Of a DNA stretch of 64,000 nucleotides, positions 39,605 through 53,049 are shown in pieces (the first letter of the stretch is position 1; each line of letters opens with the position of its first letter). The stretch comes from Octopus sinensis (lineage: Eukaryota): assembly GCF_006345805.1 (NCBI RefSeq), contig NC_043001.1, forward strand, positions 52,018,001 to 52,082,000, written 5' to 3'. Below the pieces are notes generated by a model. That model was not told the DNA's origin. It saw only the letters and a program-made list of their open reading frames with translations, and searched no databases. Both the position numbers and the translations under genes were made by a program.

Positions 39605-40017
39605 TTATATGTATATATATATGTATATATATATGTATATATGTATATATATGTATATATATACATATATATATATATATATGTGTATATATATATATAT
39701 GTAAGCATATATATGTATATATATATATATTATAATATATATATATATATATGAATATACATATATATATATATATATGTATATATATGTATATATATAT
39801 ATACGTATATACATATATACACACATTATATTATATATATGTATTTTATGTATTTGTTTGTATATATATGCATACACGCACACACATATACAAAACACTT
39901 GTATATGTGTCTATAGATATATGTATATATATATGTATGTATTTATGTATATATATCCATATTCGTGCGTATATGTATATATATATATGTATTTATGCAT
40001 ATATATATATGTATATA

Positions 40018-40060
<43 letters not shown>

Positions 40061-40090
40061 CATACATACACTCACAAACACACACATATA
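39420..40090. repeat. Long degenerate (TA)n/(TATG)n microsatellite field
   Basis: Direct reading; source of the YI-repeat ORFs. Confidence 0.95.
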
Positions 40091-40589
40091 TTGCATAAAG
40101 TATAGTTAAGAAAATTAACTCAAAATGACCAGTGACATGTGTAGGTACAACGTAGACATATATAATTTTACCACATATGATATAACATGAAGTCTTGATT
40201 TACTAATATTACTTCTGCCTGTAAATGGCATGCTAAATTTACTGAACGGCTAATGAGAAAGACCCATGAGAGTCTAGGCTATCTTTAATAAATCAAGAAT
40301 GTGTGTTATATGGCATTTGATATACTTGTATTTGTTTATGTTGTTCATTCACATGCTTTTGGCCACCGAATTATTTCTCTTTAATTTATACAAAGTGGCT
40401 GCTTGTTTTATATATGCCTGTGGCGCTTAGATGCCTGGGATAGATTTTAAAAGTGTCGATTTGATGACTATTAAAAAAGAAACTCGCATAAGACTCATCT
40501 CTTAACTGTAGTCAATAAGGTGGTCTTTTTCCTTAAGGCAAGGCAATTTGGATAATTCATCTTTCTTGAGATTATATTTTCTTCTTATA

Positions 40590-40755
40590 GGTGCGGGCAT
40601 GGCTGTGTGATAAGAAGCTTGTTTTCCAACTACGTGATACCGGATTCGTTCCTATTGTGAGACACCTTTAGCAAGTGTCTTCTACTGTAGCCTCGGGCCA
40701 ATGAAAGGCTAGTGAGTGGATTTGGTAGACGGAACCTGTAAGAAACCCGTCTTAT
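40590..40755 (+). mobile_element. tRNA-derived SINE, third family, 5' half
   Basis: ggctgtgtgataagaagcttg...gcaagtgtcttctactgtagcctcgggcc...gtagacggaac. Confidence 0.75.
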
Positions 40756-41489
40756 ATATATTTCTATGTGTGTGTGTATTTGTGTGTGTGTTTGTACCAA
40801 AAAGCCAGGTCATAGTAATATCAGTCCCTTAACTGGCTGCACTATCAAAGCCATGACTGTTGATGAGGGCAGATTGGGCTCCTATTTTGAAACGATACCG
40901 TGATTAGGACAACCAGTATAAGAGAACAAAACTCTGAATTTAAATTGACTTACCACTGCTAGCTTGCAGTATCGTTTGAGGAAAAGCCTAGGTGAACGTA
41001 CTCCAACATAAGACCTGCAGTCAACTTAGTACTCGTCATCTTGTTACTATTTTGACCCAGAGAGTGACAAAAGTTTTTTACAAGAGTTTGTCACGGAAAT
41101 CCAATGAAGTATAGATATCCCCTACAAAACACTATCATCGTACAATTATCACTTTTCAAAAGTCCTCTGGCGATAGAAGCGTGGAGACGGATACAGACTT
41201 GACTGGTTGAAAGCATACAGTTCCAAATATGTATGTAATGCAGCACGGTTCTTATCTTAACATCGCTAACATGTTTTTTTATGGACAGGAACGGTTTTCG
41301 GTGGAGAATCCTGTGTTTGAGCAGCCCTTTTAAGGATAACGCTGCTCACCTGGATAGACTGGGAAGATGCTAGAAAAGGTGCACTAAAATTGTCTCTCCT
41401 TTCTTTGGCGGTTAGTTTACTGCGGCTAACGGTGGTTCGATTTAGCAGGAATGAACAAAGAATTGATATAAACAATGATAACAAGTATG

Positions 41490-41765
41490 CAAAGAATAAG
41501 TTTTCTATTTAGGGGGCCTGCTGGAATGTCAGAACCCCTTTAGATCGAGCAGATAGGTCTGAAAGAAGTAACTAAGGAGATAAGGCGTCTTAATGTTGAT
41601 ATTGCAGCTATTTCTGAAACAAGATGTTCAAATGAATATCATCTTGTCAAAAGAGCAGCAGGTTTCACATTATTCTCGGTTGGGAAATCGAAAGGAGAGA
41701 AAAGGGAAGGTAGTGTTGGGTTTGCAATTAGAAAGGATTTGCTAAAAGATCATCTACAATTACAA
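41490..41765 (+). mobile_element. RTE-clade LINE fragment: APE endonuclease N-terminus
   Basis: ACWNVRTPLDRADR...RLNVDIAAISETR...EKREGSVGFAIRK. Cut off at (ATT)n at 41768. Confidence 0.75.
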
Positions 41766-41766
41766 C

Positions 41767-41818
<52 letters not shown>

Positions 41819-42367
41819 GAGTGAGAGAGCAGTGCATGCCATCAAAGTGACACTGGGGTAAAATATACGAAGCCCAATATACCCATCATGACTACCCGTC
41901 TGATAAAGGTACACCAGGCACATGCATCACAACCATATGTGCGCGACATGGTGATCTCATATCAAGATAAACAGCACACCTTGCAGGTGGGGCCCAGTTA
42001 GAATTTTCTTCAGGTTGAGTAGCCCATCCCGCTCAAAAGGTCCCTGAATAAGGGTTGTTTAAGGATGTTGAAAGAACCACCCATGTTTCCAGAGGTGAAT
42101 TATTCAAACCCCAAACAAGCCCTCTCAACACATGGCTATGATGCTCCCCCACTACTTCTGCTCGTGATCAGAGATGCACATATCGTCAGCCACTAAGGGA
42201 CATGCTCAACTGGTTATGGTCAAACAACTGACAAGCAAATCTGTGGTATTGAGCAGAATATTTGCTGTAGCCCATCTTTTATACCAAGACAAAAATGTAC
42301 ATGATAACACTTCCAATCAGTTAAGATCAGAAGCCATGAGAGCCACTGCCTGGTACTGCATCAGGGC

Positions 42368-42369
<2 letters not shown>
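41819..42369. mobile_element. ~550 bp non-coding dispersed repeat, copy 2, inside (ATT)n
   Basis: Collinear with 7635-8185. (ATT)n on both sides. Confidence 0.85.
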
Positions 42370-42410
<41 letters not shown>

Positions 42411-42479
42411 ATTGTTATTATTATCATTATTATTATTGATGTTGTTGTTACTGTTGTTGCTGTTTTTTTTTTTACTTTT

Positions 42480-43572
42480 AATCTGCTTGATTGTTTCAAT
42501 CACTTGCCGAGACATACCTAGCTCCCTAGGGCAAGTGAAGAATAAAAGATGTTACAGTATAACTGAAAGCATAGGGAGGGGAGGTGGCAAGGGCAGTAGC
42601 GAAATACTTCCATGTAATACGACACAAACATTTATATTGACAGGGTTTTTGTAAGGATGTAGGCAATACATGTCAGCACAATCTTTTGGGTTTCTATGAA
42701 CTATGGTTCTCCTGGGATGTTATCTAGATGTTTTTGACATCCTTTTTTTATAGTACCTAGGGTACCTACAATAACAAGAACAGTTTTTGCTATAAGATGA
42801 CACATCTTTTGTATTTCAATTTCCAGTTCCTTATATTTAATAAGTTTATCAAATTTCTTGACAGATATATTCTTATCAGTGGGAACACTTACATCTATTA
42901 ATCTACAATTATGTTTTTCACTCTCTTTAATAATTATGTCTGGTCGATTAGCTTGGATCGTTCTGTCAGTGTTGACTGGAAATTCCCAGAGGATAGTGAT
43001 CTGCATCAGCATTTTGATTTCGAAGAATATATTATCCAAGCAGGGGCTTCTGGCTCCACTACTCCTCAATTTGTTTCTGCCTGTTCTTTTTTGCAGTCTA
43101 TATGATTCGTTTTGCTTGTTTGGTGGAAGTGGTTTCGGGTTCTTTATCTAATTCAGTGTTTATGCCAAGTTCCCTTGCGAATATATAAGCTTCGTTGACA
43201 ATAGAAATAGACATTTTGCTGCTTTCCTGATTGCACACAAGTCGTAGCATTCAGTCCTCTGTACTAGATAAATATCTGTTCATTCTTAATGCGCAGTTCT
43301 TATAGCACAGTTCTAATTGCATCATTACCTTCACCCCACTCCTTCAATGCAGATACAGATGGTCAACGTCTGCTTTCGAGTCAGCGACTGCTTCTAGATA
43401 AGTACAGACGGTCAACGTCTGCATACTCTTAGATGTCAATAATTTCCTATTCATCCTGTGCAAGCGTTTAAGGTCTGTAGGGCTAATCGAAGTGCCAGAG
43501 TGTTAATGGCTTCAATATGATTTTTTGAGTTGAGTTCAAGTTTTCAGTCAATGGCTTCAATGCGATTTTTGA
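42480..43572 (-). mobile_element. R4/Dong-like copy C, 5'-truncated (RT C-terminus, RLE, 3' UTR)
   Basis: LNSKNHIEAINTLAL; ILWEFPVNTDRTIQANRPDIII..LIDVSVP..KYKELEIEI..VIVGTLG (ORF 42701..43069); stop at 42632-42634. Trinucleotide tracts on both sides. Confidence 0.85.
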
Positions 43573-43574
43573 GT

Positions 43575-43575
43575 T

Positions 43576-43611
<36 letters not shown>

Positions 43612-43636
43612 GTCGTCGTCGTCGTCGTCATCATCA

Positions 43637-43689
<53 letters not shown>

Positions 43690-43703
43690 GTTGTTGTTGT
43701 TGT
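43575..43703. repeat. Compound trinucleotide microsatellite (TCA)(TCG)(TCA)(TTA)(TTG)
   Basis: Direct reading. Confidence 0.95.
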
Positions 43704-43705
43704 CA

Positions 43706-44610
43706 TCCTGCGCGCGTAAGGGAAAGCAGAGTTTTGTAATCACTCATCTTTGTTGCCTGTGTGTTTTCAAAATTACCTGGAAAACGGTTGAACGGATTTT
43801 TACTACATTTGGCAGAAATACTCATTGGGTGTGTGGCTTGAAATGACGAATATTTGGTTTAATTATTAAAAAAAAAAATATTTAAATTTAAAATAAATTG
43901 CACTTACCAATTTCCCGATAAGCAAATGGTCATGTTATTCATTAATTTCTTCACTTTATTTTTTTATATGAATCGTCCTTCACTGCGTGTGTTTGGATCA
44001 TGGTGCACCTATGCGCGTAGACACGTATGCGTATATACATGCATATATAAACATATACATAGATATGTGACTATGTGTGTTTTGTGAGTGTGTGTGTGTG
44101 TGTGTGTGTGTTTGTGTGTGTGTACAGTGATGTATTCAAAGGTTTCGTATATTTACGACTTGATTTCTTAATTTCACCGGAGTAAAACTACCCATAATGG
44201 TGACACTTAAAAAAAAAATTTAAATCGAACTTACTAATTTCCCGATAAGCAAGTGGTCTTATTATTTTCTTCACTTTGTTTTTCATATGGATCGATCTTC
44301 ATCTGCGTGTGTATGAATTATGTGCGTAGACACGTGTGCGTACATACATACATACATACATACACACATATACATACATAAATATGCGACATTGTGTGCG
44401 TGTGTGTGTATACTGATGGATTCGAGGCTTTCGTTTATTTACGAGTCAATTTCTTAACTTCACTGGAGTATTAATACCTATAATGGTGATACATAAAAAA
44501 AATTAATTCAGTTCAATTAAAATGGATGGGTAAGCAACGCATGTAAGCCACACTATAAATTGCGAAAAACTTTATCTGCGCGCATGGTATGCATCACTCC
44601 TACGATACCT
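43706..44610. mobile_element. Unclassified non-autonomous element with two tandem ~330 bp internal units
   Basis: ctta(c/ct)aatttcccgataagcaa...cataatggtga..cttaaaaaaa at ~43892-44220 and ~44230-44505. The left end (gaacggatttttactacatttgg) recalls Helentron/MITE-type ends. Confidence 0.4.
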
Positions 44611-44650
44611 TTAGGATCAGAAGCTATGAGAGCCACTGTCTGGTACTGCA

Positions 44651-44651
<1 letters not shown>
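44611..44651. mobile_element. 41 bp terminal stub of the ~550 bp element, followed by (ATT)n
   Basis: ttaggatcagaagctatgagagccactgtctggtactgcat matches the right-hand end of the 41819-42369 copy (~42322-42361). Confidence 0.75.
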
Positions 44652-44717
<66 letters not shown>

Positions 44718-44720
<3 letters not shown>

Positions 44721-45240
44721 TAGTTTTATTTTTATAGCGTGCTTTCACTTCACTACCGAGCACAGCTCTGTGTGCCTTGGGTATGTGCTGTGATTTGTTG
44801 TGATGCTCTGATGGTTATTGTATGGAAAGTGTTCTGCGTAGGATGTGTGCAGTGCCTAGTAGTGCAATTTTCTGTATGTTATATGTGTTTGTAAGTCCTG
44901 GTGTTTTTGTTATGTATTTGTCTGAATATTTTTTTATCATGCCTAATGCACCTACTATGATAGGAATTGTTTCTGTTTTCAGATTCCACATTCTAGTTAC
45001 CTCTATTTCCAGGTCTTTGTATTTTGAGAGTTTCTCCATTTCTTTTAGAGACACGTTGTCATCAGCCGGTTTTGATATATCAATTAGAAAGCATTTTTTC
45101 GTCATGATCTCTGACAACTATATCTGGTCTGTTGGCCTTAATTTCTCTATCTGTGTGTATCGGCATATCCCAGAGTATGGTTGCTTTCTCGTTTTCTGTG
45201 ACCTTTTCTGGTGTGTGCCTATACCATCTTTTTTCTGTTG
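44718..45240 (-). mobile_element. R4/Dong-like copy E, 5'-truncated (RLE plus 3' UTR), with (TAA)n on both sides
   Basis: WYRHTPEKVTENEKATILWDMPIHTDREIKANRPDIVV and FLIDISKPADDNVSLKEMEKLSKYKDLEIEV..IPIIVGALG..LLGTAHILRRTLSIQ*. Confidence 0.9.
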
Positions 45241-45261
45241 TTATTATTATAATTATTATTA

Positions 45262-45320
<59 letters not shown>

Positions 45321-46149
45321 CATTTGGTAGCTTCAGGCAAATTTCTACTGCATCACCTGATACACTTACGTGTCGATGGGATCTGTGCGGACTTGTGTGT
45401 TCTTTTCTTGTGGTTGGGGAAGTGCAAACCCCTCCCGGTATTGTATTGCGCCAGTTCCTTTTCTTATGGGGTCTGCAGTCTTTTGTTATATTAGTGTTTG
45501 TATTGTGTTGTGTGTGTAACGCGTTGGGTACCCGACCTGCAGGTGGTTGTTTATTTTATTAGAGCTGTTATGATTATGTTCATTTAATTTATCTTTGTGT
45601 TAGTTAATGATGTCACTGTGTCCGTTGACTCAACCATACCACTCGTGTTATGATTACATTTCCTATTATATAATTTGCAACTAGCCTTGGAGTATATTCT
45701 TCTAACTTCAAGTGATGATCAAAACTATTATATATATTATGTGTGGCAAAACGAGTAACTGATTTTAACTCGCTAACAAATGACAGAGTGAATATTCGGT
45801 AAAATATCTTGGAGTCCCGCACTATAATATATGGCAATTATTCCATATTTCTTATGGATAAAAGTCTAGTGCTATAATCATCATTTACTGGTATTGCACT
45901 TTTTCAGCCAAAAAGATAAAACTTTGTGATAGCATGTTTCAAATAAAACTTTGAATACTGACCGTGTCGAAAAATTGTCATATTAAAATAAGGACACAAT
46001 GTTAGGTCTTTTAATTTCAATTCCATGTAGCAGTGAAACAACCACAACATCTCCCTCTTTCCTGGTTGTTTTAGAAAACGTATATGTACCATTCTTTTTA
46101 TACCACATTGTTTACCATCATAGTAATCGATTAGATGATTAATTATTTT

Positions 46150-48097
46150 AATTCAGAAGTTAATTTCAAGTATTCACGCTAAAGATGGAATTAGAGATTA
46201 TTATAGCCCATGAAACCGCTTAGAAGACAGAAAGGAATGATAAAACTTGGCGAGAAGCCCTACTGTGTACATTTAGTGAAATGAGATAGAAAGATTCATT
46301 AACGTTATACACTTGTTACTCTTTTTTTTGCGATAGGAGCGAGAAAGATGAAAATAAAAAAGGATATTGAAATTAGATTAAATTTGTTATTCAGAAATTG
46401 ATAAGTAACTACTTCCGAAACCCATTAGCATTAAATTAAAATATTTCAATTTTTTTGCATCACACATCGTATAAAATTATTCTAAATGAATTATTTGTCC
46501 TTCAAATGAATTGAAAACGTTGTATGATTCTGACTTCTACCTACAATAGCCGTGGGTAAACTTATGCTTAAGCATTATACGCGAGTTAAATACGAAACTA
46601 AAAGATTATAAACATGATTTTCATCCATGAAAGTTGTATTAAATCATAACTCATTGTTTATTCAAGCTAATTAGAACATATTTTGCTTTAAATTTAACCG
46701 TAGCAATAAAAATATTTACGAAAGAGCTAGCTTAAAACTCCCCACAAATCCTCGCCAAAATAGTTAATATAGTTAATCCTATTTGCAATGTGATCTTACT
46801 ACTACATCGGAAAAATAAAGAAGAAATGACCGTCTGCTTATTTTGTAACGATTCTTTAGAAACTTCAGACTTGAAACCGACATTTTAATAAGACATTTTT
46901 ATGCTAGTAGTTTCTTCTAAAACAGTAGAGAATTTTTTCAAAGTCTATCGAAATATTTCAATAAAGAGAATCAATTTCTAAGGAATCCTATTTAGACCAT
47001 AGGCAAAATCAAATACTTAATGGAAACTTTTGAAACTAAAAACGATACATCACTATTGATGAACTTATGTTATTGCAACGGTTTAAATAACATAAATTAT
47101 TCATACAAGATATGAAGATAGATTAAGGAAAGTCATTTTGTCAAATAATACTGTAAATATTAAATATTACAGTTCTCTAAATATAGAACCCATTATTTTC
47201 ACACATTATATTTCTTACAAAAAGACAATAATGTTAAAAAAAATTTCAGCAGATCTAGATTTTGTGTTACAAGATAATTTAAAACGCCGTGCACTGATTA
47301 CATGCCACATCGCAAATCTCTAAAACAAAATGGAAAACAATTTCAGCCAACTTTTATTAAAAACTAAAGTGCAATGGCACTCAAATGAACGAGATTTGAA
47401 TATATAATTTAAAATATCAAAAATTTAGTCACGATAATCCTCTGTATCTAAATTCATATTTGGTAAATTTGATTAACAAAAAGATTGGCTATGCAAATTT
47501 TACTTTTTGTCAGGTATTTTAGAAAAACTTAATGAACTTAATATTTTCTACAAGAAAAGGATATCACTATTTTATTACTTAAATTCAAAGTTCAAGCGTT
47601 CATAGAAAGTTAAACACCTAAAACTGAAATGGAAATTGAAATAACAAACTCTTTGTGATCTCATATACAAATGATTACATTTCCAAAAATGCATTAAATT
47701 TCGATTTGATCAAGTGAATAATTATTGCTCATTCAGAGTCAAGAGAACACTTTTCAGAAATATTTCATTGCTAGAATTCTGCAAGAACCGGTTGTAGTGG
47801 ACCAAAAATTTGTTCTCAGTTGAAATGTAGTGTGTAAACAAACCACCATTAAAAGCTCCTTCAATTTTCTGGGCAAACCTGAAATGCATTTTGATGTGGT
47901 TTCGCTGTTGAATTACCAATGTTATCCGAATTGGCGATTGAAACTTTCCTACCATCTTCCCCAAATTATTTATGCGAACCAGCATTTTCAGCAATAAATT
48001 CGCCCCAGTATTACGAATACTGAAATTGCCTTGAGACCAGCATTAGCAAATATTAATACATGATTTGATTAATAAACAAGCACATTCATCTCAATAA
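46150..48097 (+). mobile_element. hAT transposon remnant (Buster/Charlie-like), very degenerate
   Basis: TKVQW (cf. TEVRW), IFxKLNELNI, PELAIETFLPSSPNYLCEPAFSA and terminal NKQAHSSQ* (cf. KQAHPSH*). Confidence 0.65.
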
Positions 48098-51000
48098 AGA
48101 TATTTTTCTGTGTGATATAAATTTATATTTAAAAATCCAGTAATGTTAGTTTTTATTGTTTTTGTCAAACAAAAAATGATGAGGTCAGCGATGAATTCCG
48201 GCACTTTTGCCTGAGGTAGAAAAATTTTCTTTAATATTTTTGATAATAACGCTAATTTTGAACATGATATTTTCCGGAGGAAACGTTGCTTTCGAGATGT
48301 TTTTTTTCTATTAAGAAACAATATTTGTGTGTTTCATGTATTATTTTTGATAATTAAATTTTTCGCATGCATTAAATTAACCAAGTTTATTTTGAAAATG
48401 ATTTTTTTAAAACACCCAGTAGCTGCTGCTGATTCTTATCTGTCTGGATTATTAACCGCAAAAGATCTGTATAGTTGTGTTTGTGGAAAGAAAAAAAAAA
48501 CAAACTTCGTATTTATTTTTGCTAAATACTTGTGAATAATTTCCGTCATCATTTCTGCAAAAAAAGAAAACAAAAACAAAATCAGTACAATTTAGTTCTC
48601 CTGAAAGAATACATAATGCACACATTAAGACTTTTCTTAAAAGAAATAAAGATTGTCTGAGGGTGGCATTGTCCCTTAAGAAAACTCGTACGCAGTTTTC
48701 TGAAGTAGGAGATTTTTGCGCGTCTGGTTTTTCGTTGTACAATTCACTAAAGGTTAATTTTCCAGAAACAGAGTGAATTTTCCAGAGACTTTTCCAGCAG
48801 AGAAGGGCTCGAATTTATTCCACCAAACAGGGTGTCAGTAGCGACATATCTCATTACAAATTGAACTTGTATTAAAAGTATTACGAAAATTAAATGACAA
48901 GACGGTTTACTACAATGACGTTGTTTCACACTAAACGTCCAAATCATATGGGATGAATTTTTTAATCATATACAATTTGACTATTTCAAAGCAGATTGTT
49001 TACAGGGGTTTCAACAATTAAGTATTCAGCGATTGAGTAGAAGAATTATTTTAAGTATTTTCACTGTTTCACTGAATAATTTGAAGAGACAGAGGATGCA
49101 TAGCGGTGTAAAGCCACTGTCACTACTAAATGGAAACAAAAGGAAATATTTGTCAAAGCATTTTAATGTAAAATAATCAAGAGTTGACCTTTCAATTTGG
49201 AAGTAAAAGCAGAAAGTTATAACAAAATAAAGTAAGAAACAAGCAAGAAGAAACTACGAACGATAATGATTAAACTATAATTAGATTGCAGTAAACATTA
49301 ATGAGATTGCTATATCAGTCTGAAACTAGACTCAGTCGATACACTAGAACACACTATAAGCAGACCATTTAAAATTTAACACCACTATGACTGTGAGACA
49401 GGACCGTTTACACACACACACACGAATTTGTATACATGTTGTATAAGCGCATACATAAACATTTATGCATTTATTCTTAACACATTTTGTACATTATAAT
49501 AGAAGAGACAACCGCTACAGGAAATTGTCGCGAAGAAAAGTTTCTCTACAGATATTGAGTATAAATACTCATATAATTGAGCACCAGGTGACTTCAGTGT
49601 ACTACCTGACTCACTGTTTCGGCGTGAATTTGCCTCCTCAATATAAGGTACTGTCTTGGCGATTTCCAAGTAGGGTGGAATTTCCGTTCTTATGTGTAGG
49701 AAACAGCAAACAATACCTCGAATTTATGTCCCTTTCTAGTGTACAAGAAAGCCATAGATAAATGTACACATCTTTATTTTGATTCTCGCTGCGTCGTTTT
49801 ATTATACTAAATTAATTCCATCTTGGCAAGCCCCAGCACACATATGTAAATGTATATTTGTTGTTTCTGCATATAATAACACTAGTTCTCACTTAACTTC
49901 AAAGGAGGTAGGTGGTATCTGATACTGATACGGTAAAATCTATCAAAGCACAATATCACGTAGTCCTCTCATATGACATGGAATTCAGTTCGATGTCTTT
50001 TTACACACAAAATCTATAGAAAGTAATTTTCATCGAGACAAAATCTCGTAACGAATGCCTTTCAAGTTCTAGCGGATAGGAACGTGATGAAAACATATGT
50101 GCCCCTTCACACGTACACACGTATGGAAACACATGTAACATGTTATATTCATTAAGATTTGAGTTGTTCATAGTGCATTAACCATGGGCTTAAAAAAGGC
50201 TATTTCATTTCTATTTTGTATTTTTCATACAATTCAAATCTAAATGCACATTGGGACCTTAACTCTTAAGCACTTAGAAATTCTTTAAATTTGATGCCTC
50301 GCCAGGTGGCGACTTCAATTAACGGCAAGCAGTTAATTTAGTCTAGATCCAGTTTGATACATACATTCGTACATACTAGAGTACTTACAAAAGTTACATG
50401 AGAATACATATTAAATTAAATACTGTACAAATTAAGTAGATAATTCAATATAACTTTTTCCTCTAGGATTAGGCAGAAAATGTTTGCTATATAATCGTGG
50501 AAAATTGTAAAATGATATTACATACATATATATTGGCATGCTAAATAATTTGCAATTGCTTGATAAATCTTAATATCTAATAATGTTCTTAGACATGCTC
50601 ATATAGAAGACGAAATATTCAATAAAGGCTTTTCTTCATGTATTTCGTTCTAAATGCGACTTTATTTTTATTAAATATTTCATACTTCCCTCAACAGTTA
50701 CCGAAATGCTGAAGCAAATTTCTTTAAAATTAAATGCTATTTATGATAAAGTTTTAGTTTTATATAAGAATAGTAAATGTAATTAATTTTTGAATCGCGA
50801 TAAAAGATTTCCAAATAAAGCCAGACTTAAGAAGGCATAGAGATTACTGGCAGAAAAGTAATGTTGTAAACCTAAAAAGAAAAGAAAAAAAAACAAACAA
50901 AAAACTGAGAGATAAAAGTGTTTAGAATGAAACAGATAATATTATTCAGTTACACATGTACTGAAGTTGAATTGTATTAGATGGTAAGGCTGTAAGTAAA

Positions 51001-51231
51001 ACATACCATATAAGTTGCAATTCAATATAAACAATATAAGTGAAATTGGCAGTATGAATACTTTTATCAAATTAGGATTTTCTTTTTTTCTTGTAAATAT
51101 TGCATGTGTGTATATATGGACGAGTGTATGTGTACTTACATACATACGCACTCGCAAGCACGTGCGCGCACACACGCACACGCATGCTGTTAGGTCTCTC
51201 TTTTTCTGCCACTGTTAAATTATCTCCTACT

Positions 51232-51570
51232 GATTCATCTTCAACCAGTTTCTGTATATTTTGTATGTGTGTGCATTGTGTACATATTAAAGTACATATA
51301 ATATATATATATACATATGTGTGTGTATGTATGAGTGAGAGAGAGAGAGAGAGGGAGAGAGAGAGTGAGCGGGTGTGTGTGCGTATTTATGTATATATGT
51401 GTATGCATATGCATACACATATATACATACATGCACAAATACACACACACACACTCACACACACTTTCTCTTTCTTTCTCTCTCTCTCTCTTACACACAT
51501 ACAGATATACTTTAGTATGTACACAATGTAGATACATACAAAAATATACAAAGACTGGTTGAAAATGAAT
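51232..51570. repeat. Imperfect spacer-less palindrome centred at 51408/51409
   Basis: Core atatatgtgtatgcat|atgcatacacatatat. Outer unique arms 51232-51298 and 51503-51570 are reverse complements. Confidence 0.75.
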
Positions 51571-52276
51571 CAGTTAAAGATAATTTAACGGTGGCAGTGT
51601 TAAATATAGTATTGCACATAACTTTAGAAATATAGGGTGTTACATGAGTTTTATGTAGCTGGAGGTTTGAAAAAGATCAAATACAGACATTCATTCATCA
51701 GAATTCATCCATTACAGTTGTCTCAAATGATATTCTCAAAAATCTATATGTATTACTCGTTTTTTGTTACTTAGATCTACTGTTTATTTATCAAGTTGCA
51801 AGTTTAAGTAATTGATGTAAGCAATATTTGTGATTATATATTATATATATTATGATTAGTCAATATGCATAAATTCAAAAATTGACTAGAATTTATGTAT
51901 ATGAACTGTGTAAATCTGATTGTAAGTATAGAATAAATCTGTTAAGAACTGAGGAGCGAGAGAGTCTATGGAGTTATAACGGTCTTGACTGTTCATTCGG
52001 CTACGGACTACACTAGTTTCGACAATATTTTCCCATACTAGGCATATTCTTATTACAATGTAGGAATCTAAATGTTTAAATACTAGGCAGAGTTTTCTAA
52101 CAGCAACGAGTTATATATTTCTGTACAAGGCTGGCGTTTCTTTACTTCGTTGGTATATAGCATGATAGCTTTTAAGAATTTACCATATGATGTTGCAGAC
52201 TGTATTGGGTCACTTCTGTTACCTAGTGTGTGATTGACCAACGTAGTTGTAGCTGAATGATTAACATATTTGAAAG

Positions 52277-52317
<41 letters not shown>

Positions 52318-52329
52318 CACACACATACA

Positions 52330-52821
<492 letters not shown>

Positions 52822-53049
52822 CTTGTATGATAACAGTATTTCGGGTCAATGCTGTGATGTACTTTACAGCATATCATATTAGTACTATAAACAAATCTAC
52901 TAATAACAAATGTAGTAATGTAGATTTAAGATCAAATAGTCAAGTTGATAGATTAACAAGAGTAGGTGATTTTAATAGTGAGAATAAAAATGTGAACAAT
53001 TATATTTATAACAAAAGAGAAAATTGTACGATTGTTAATAACCGGTTTA

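Noticed and set aside
44822-45562. 246 aa plus-strand ORF and similar ORFs (1162..1407, 3558..3938, 42858..43151, 54100..54465)
   Set aside because: Antisense shadows of R4-like coding sequence, some read through microsatellites.
52005-52075. Minus-strand hammerhead-like gaaactagt with an aatat/atatt stem
   Set aside because: The CUGANGA core is not recognisable.
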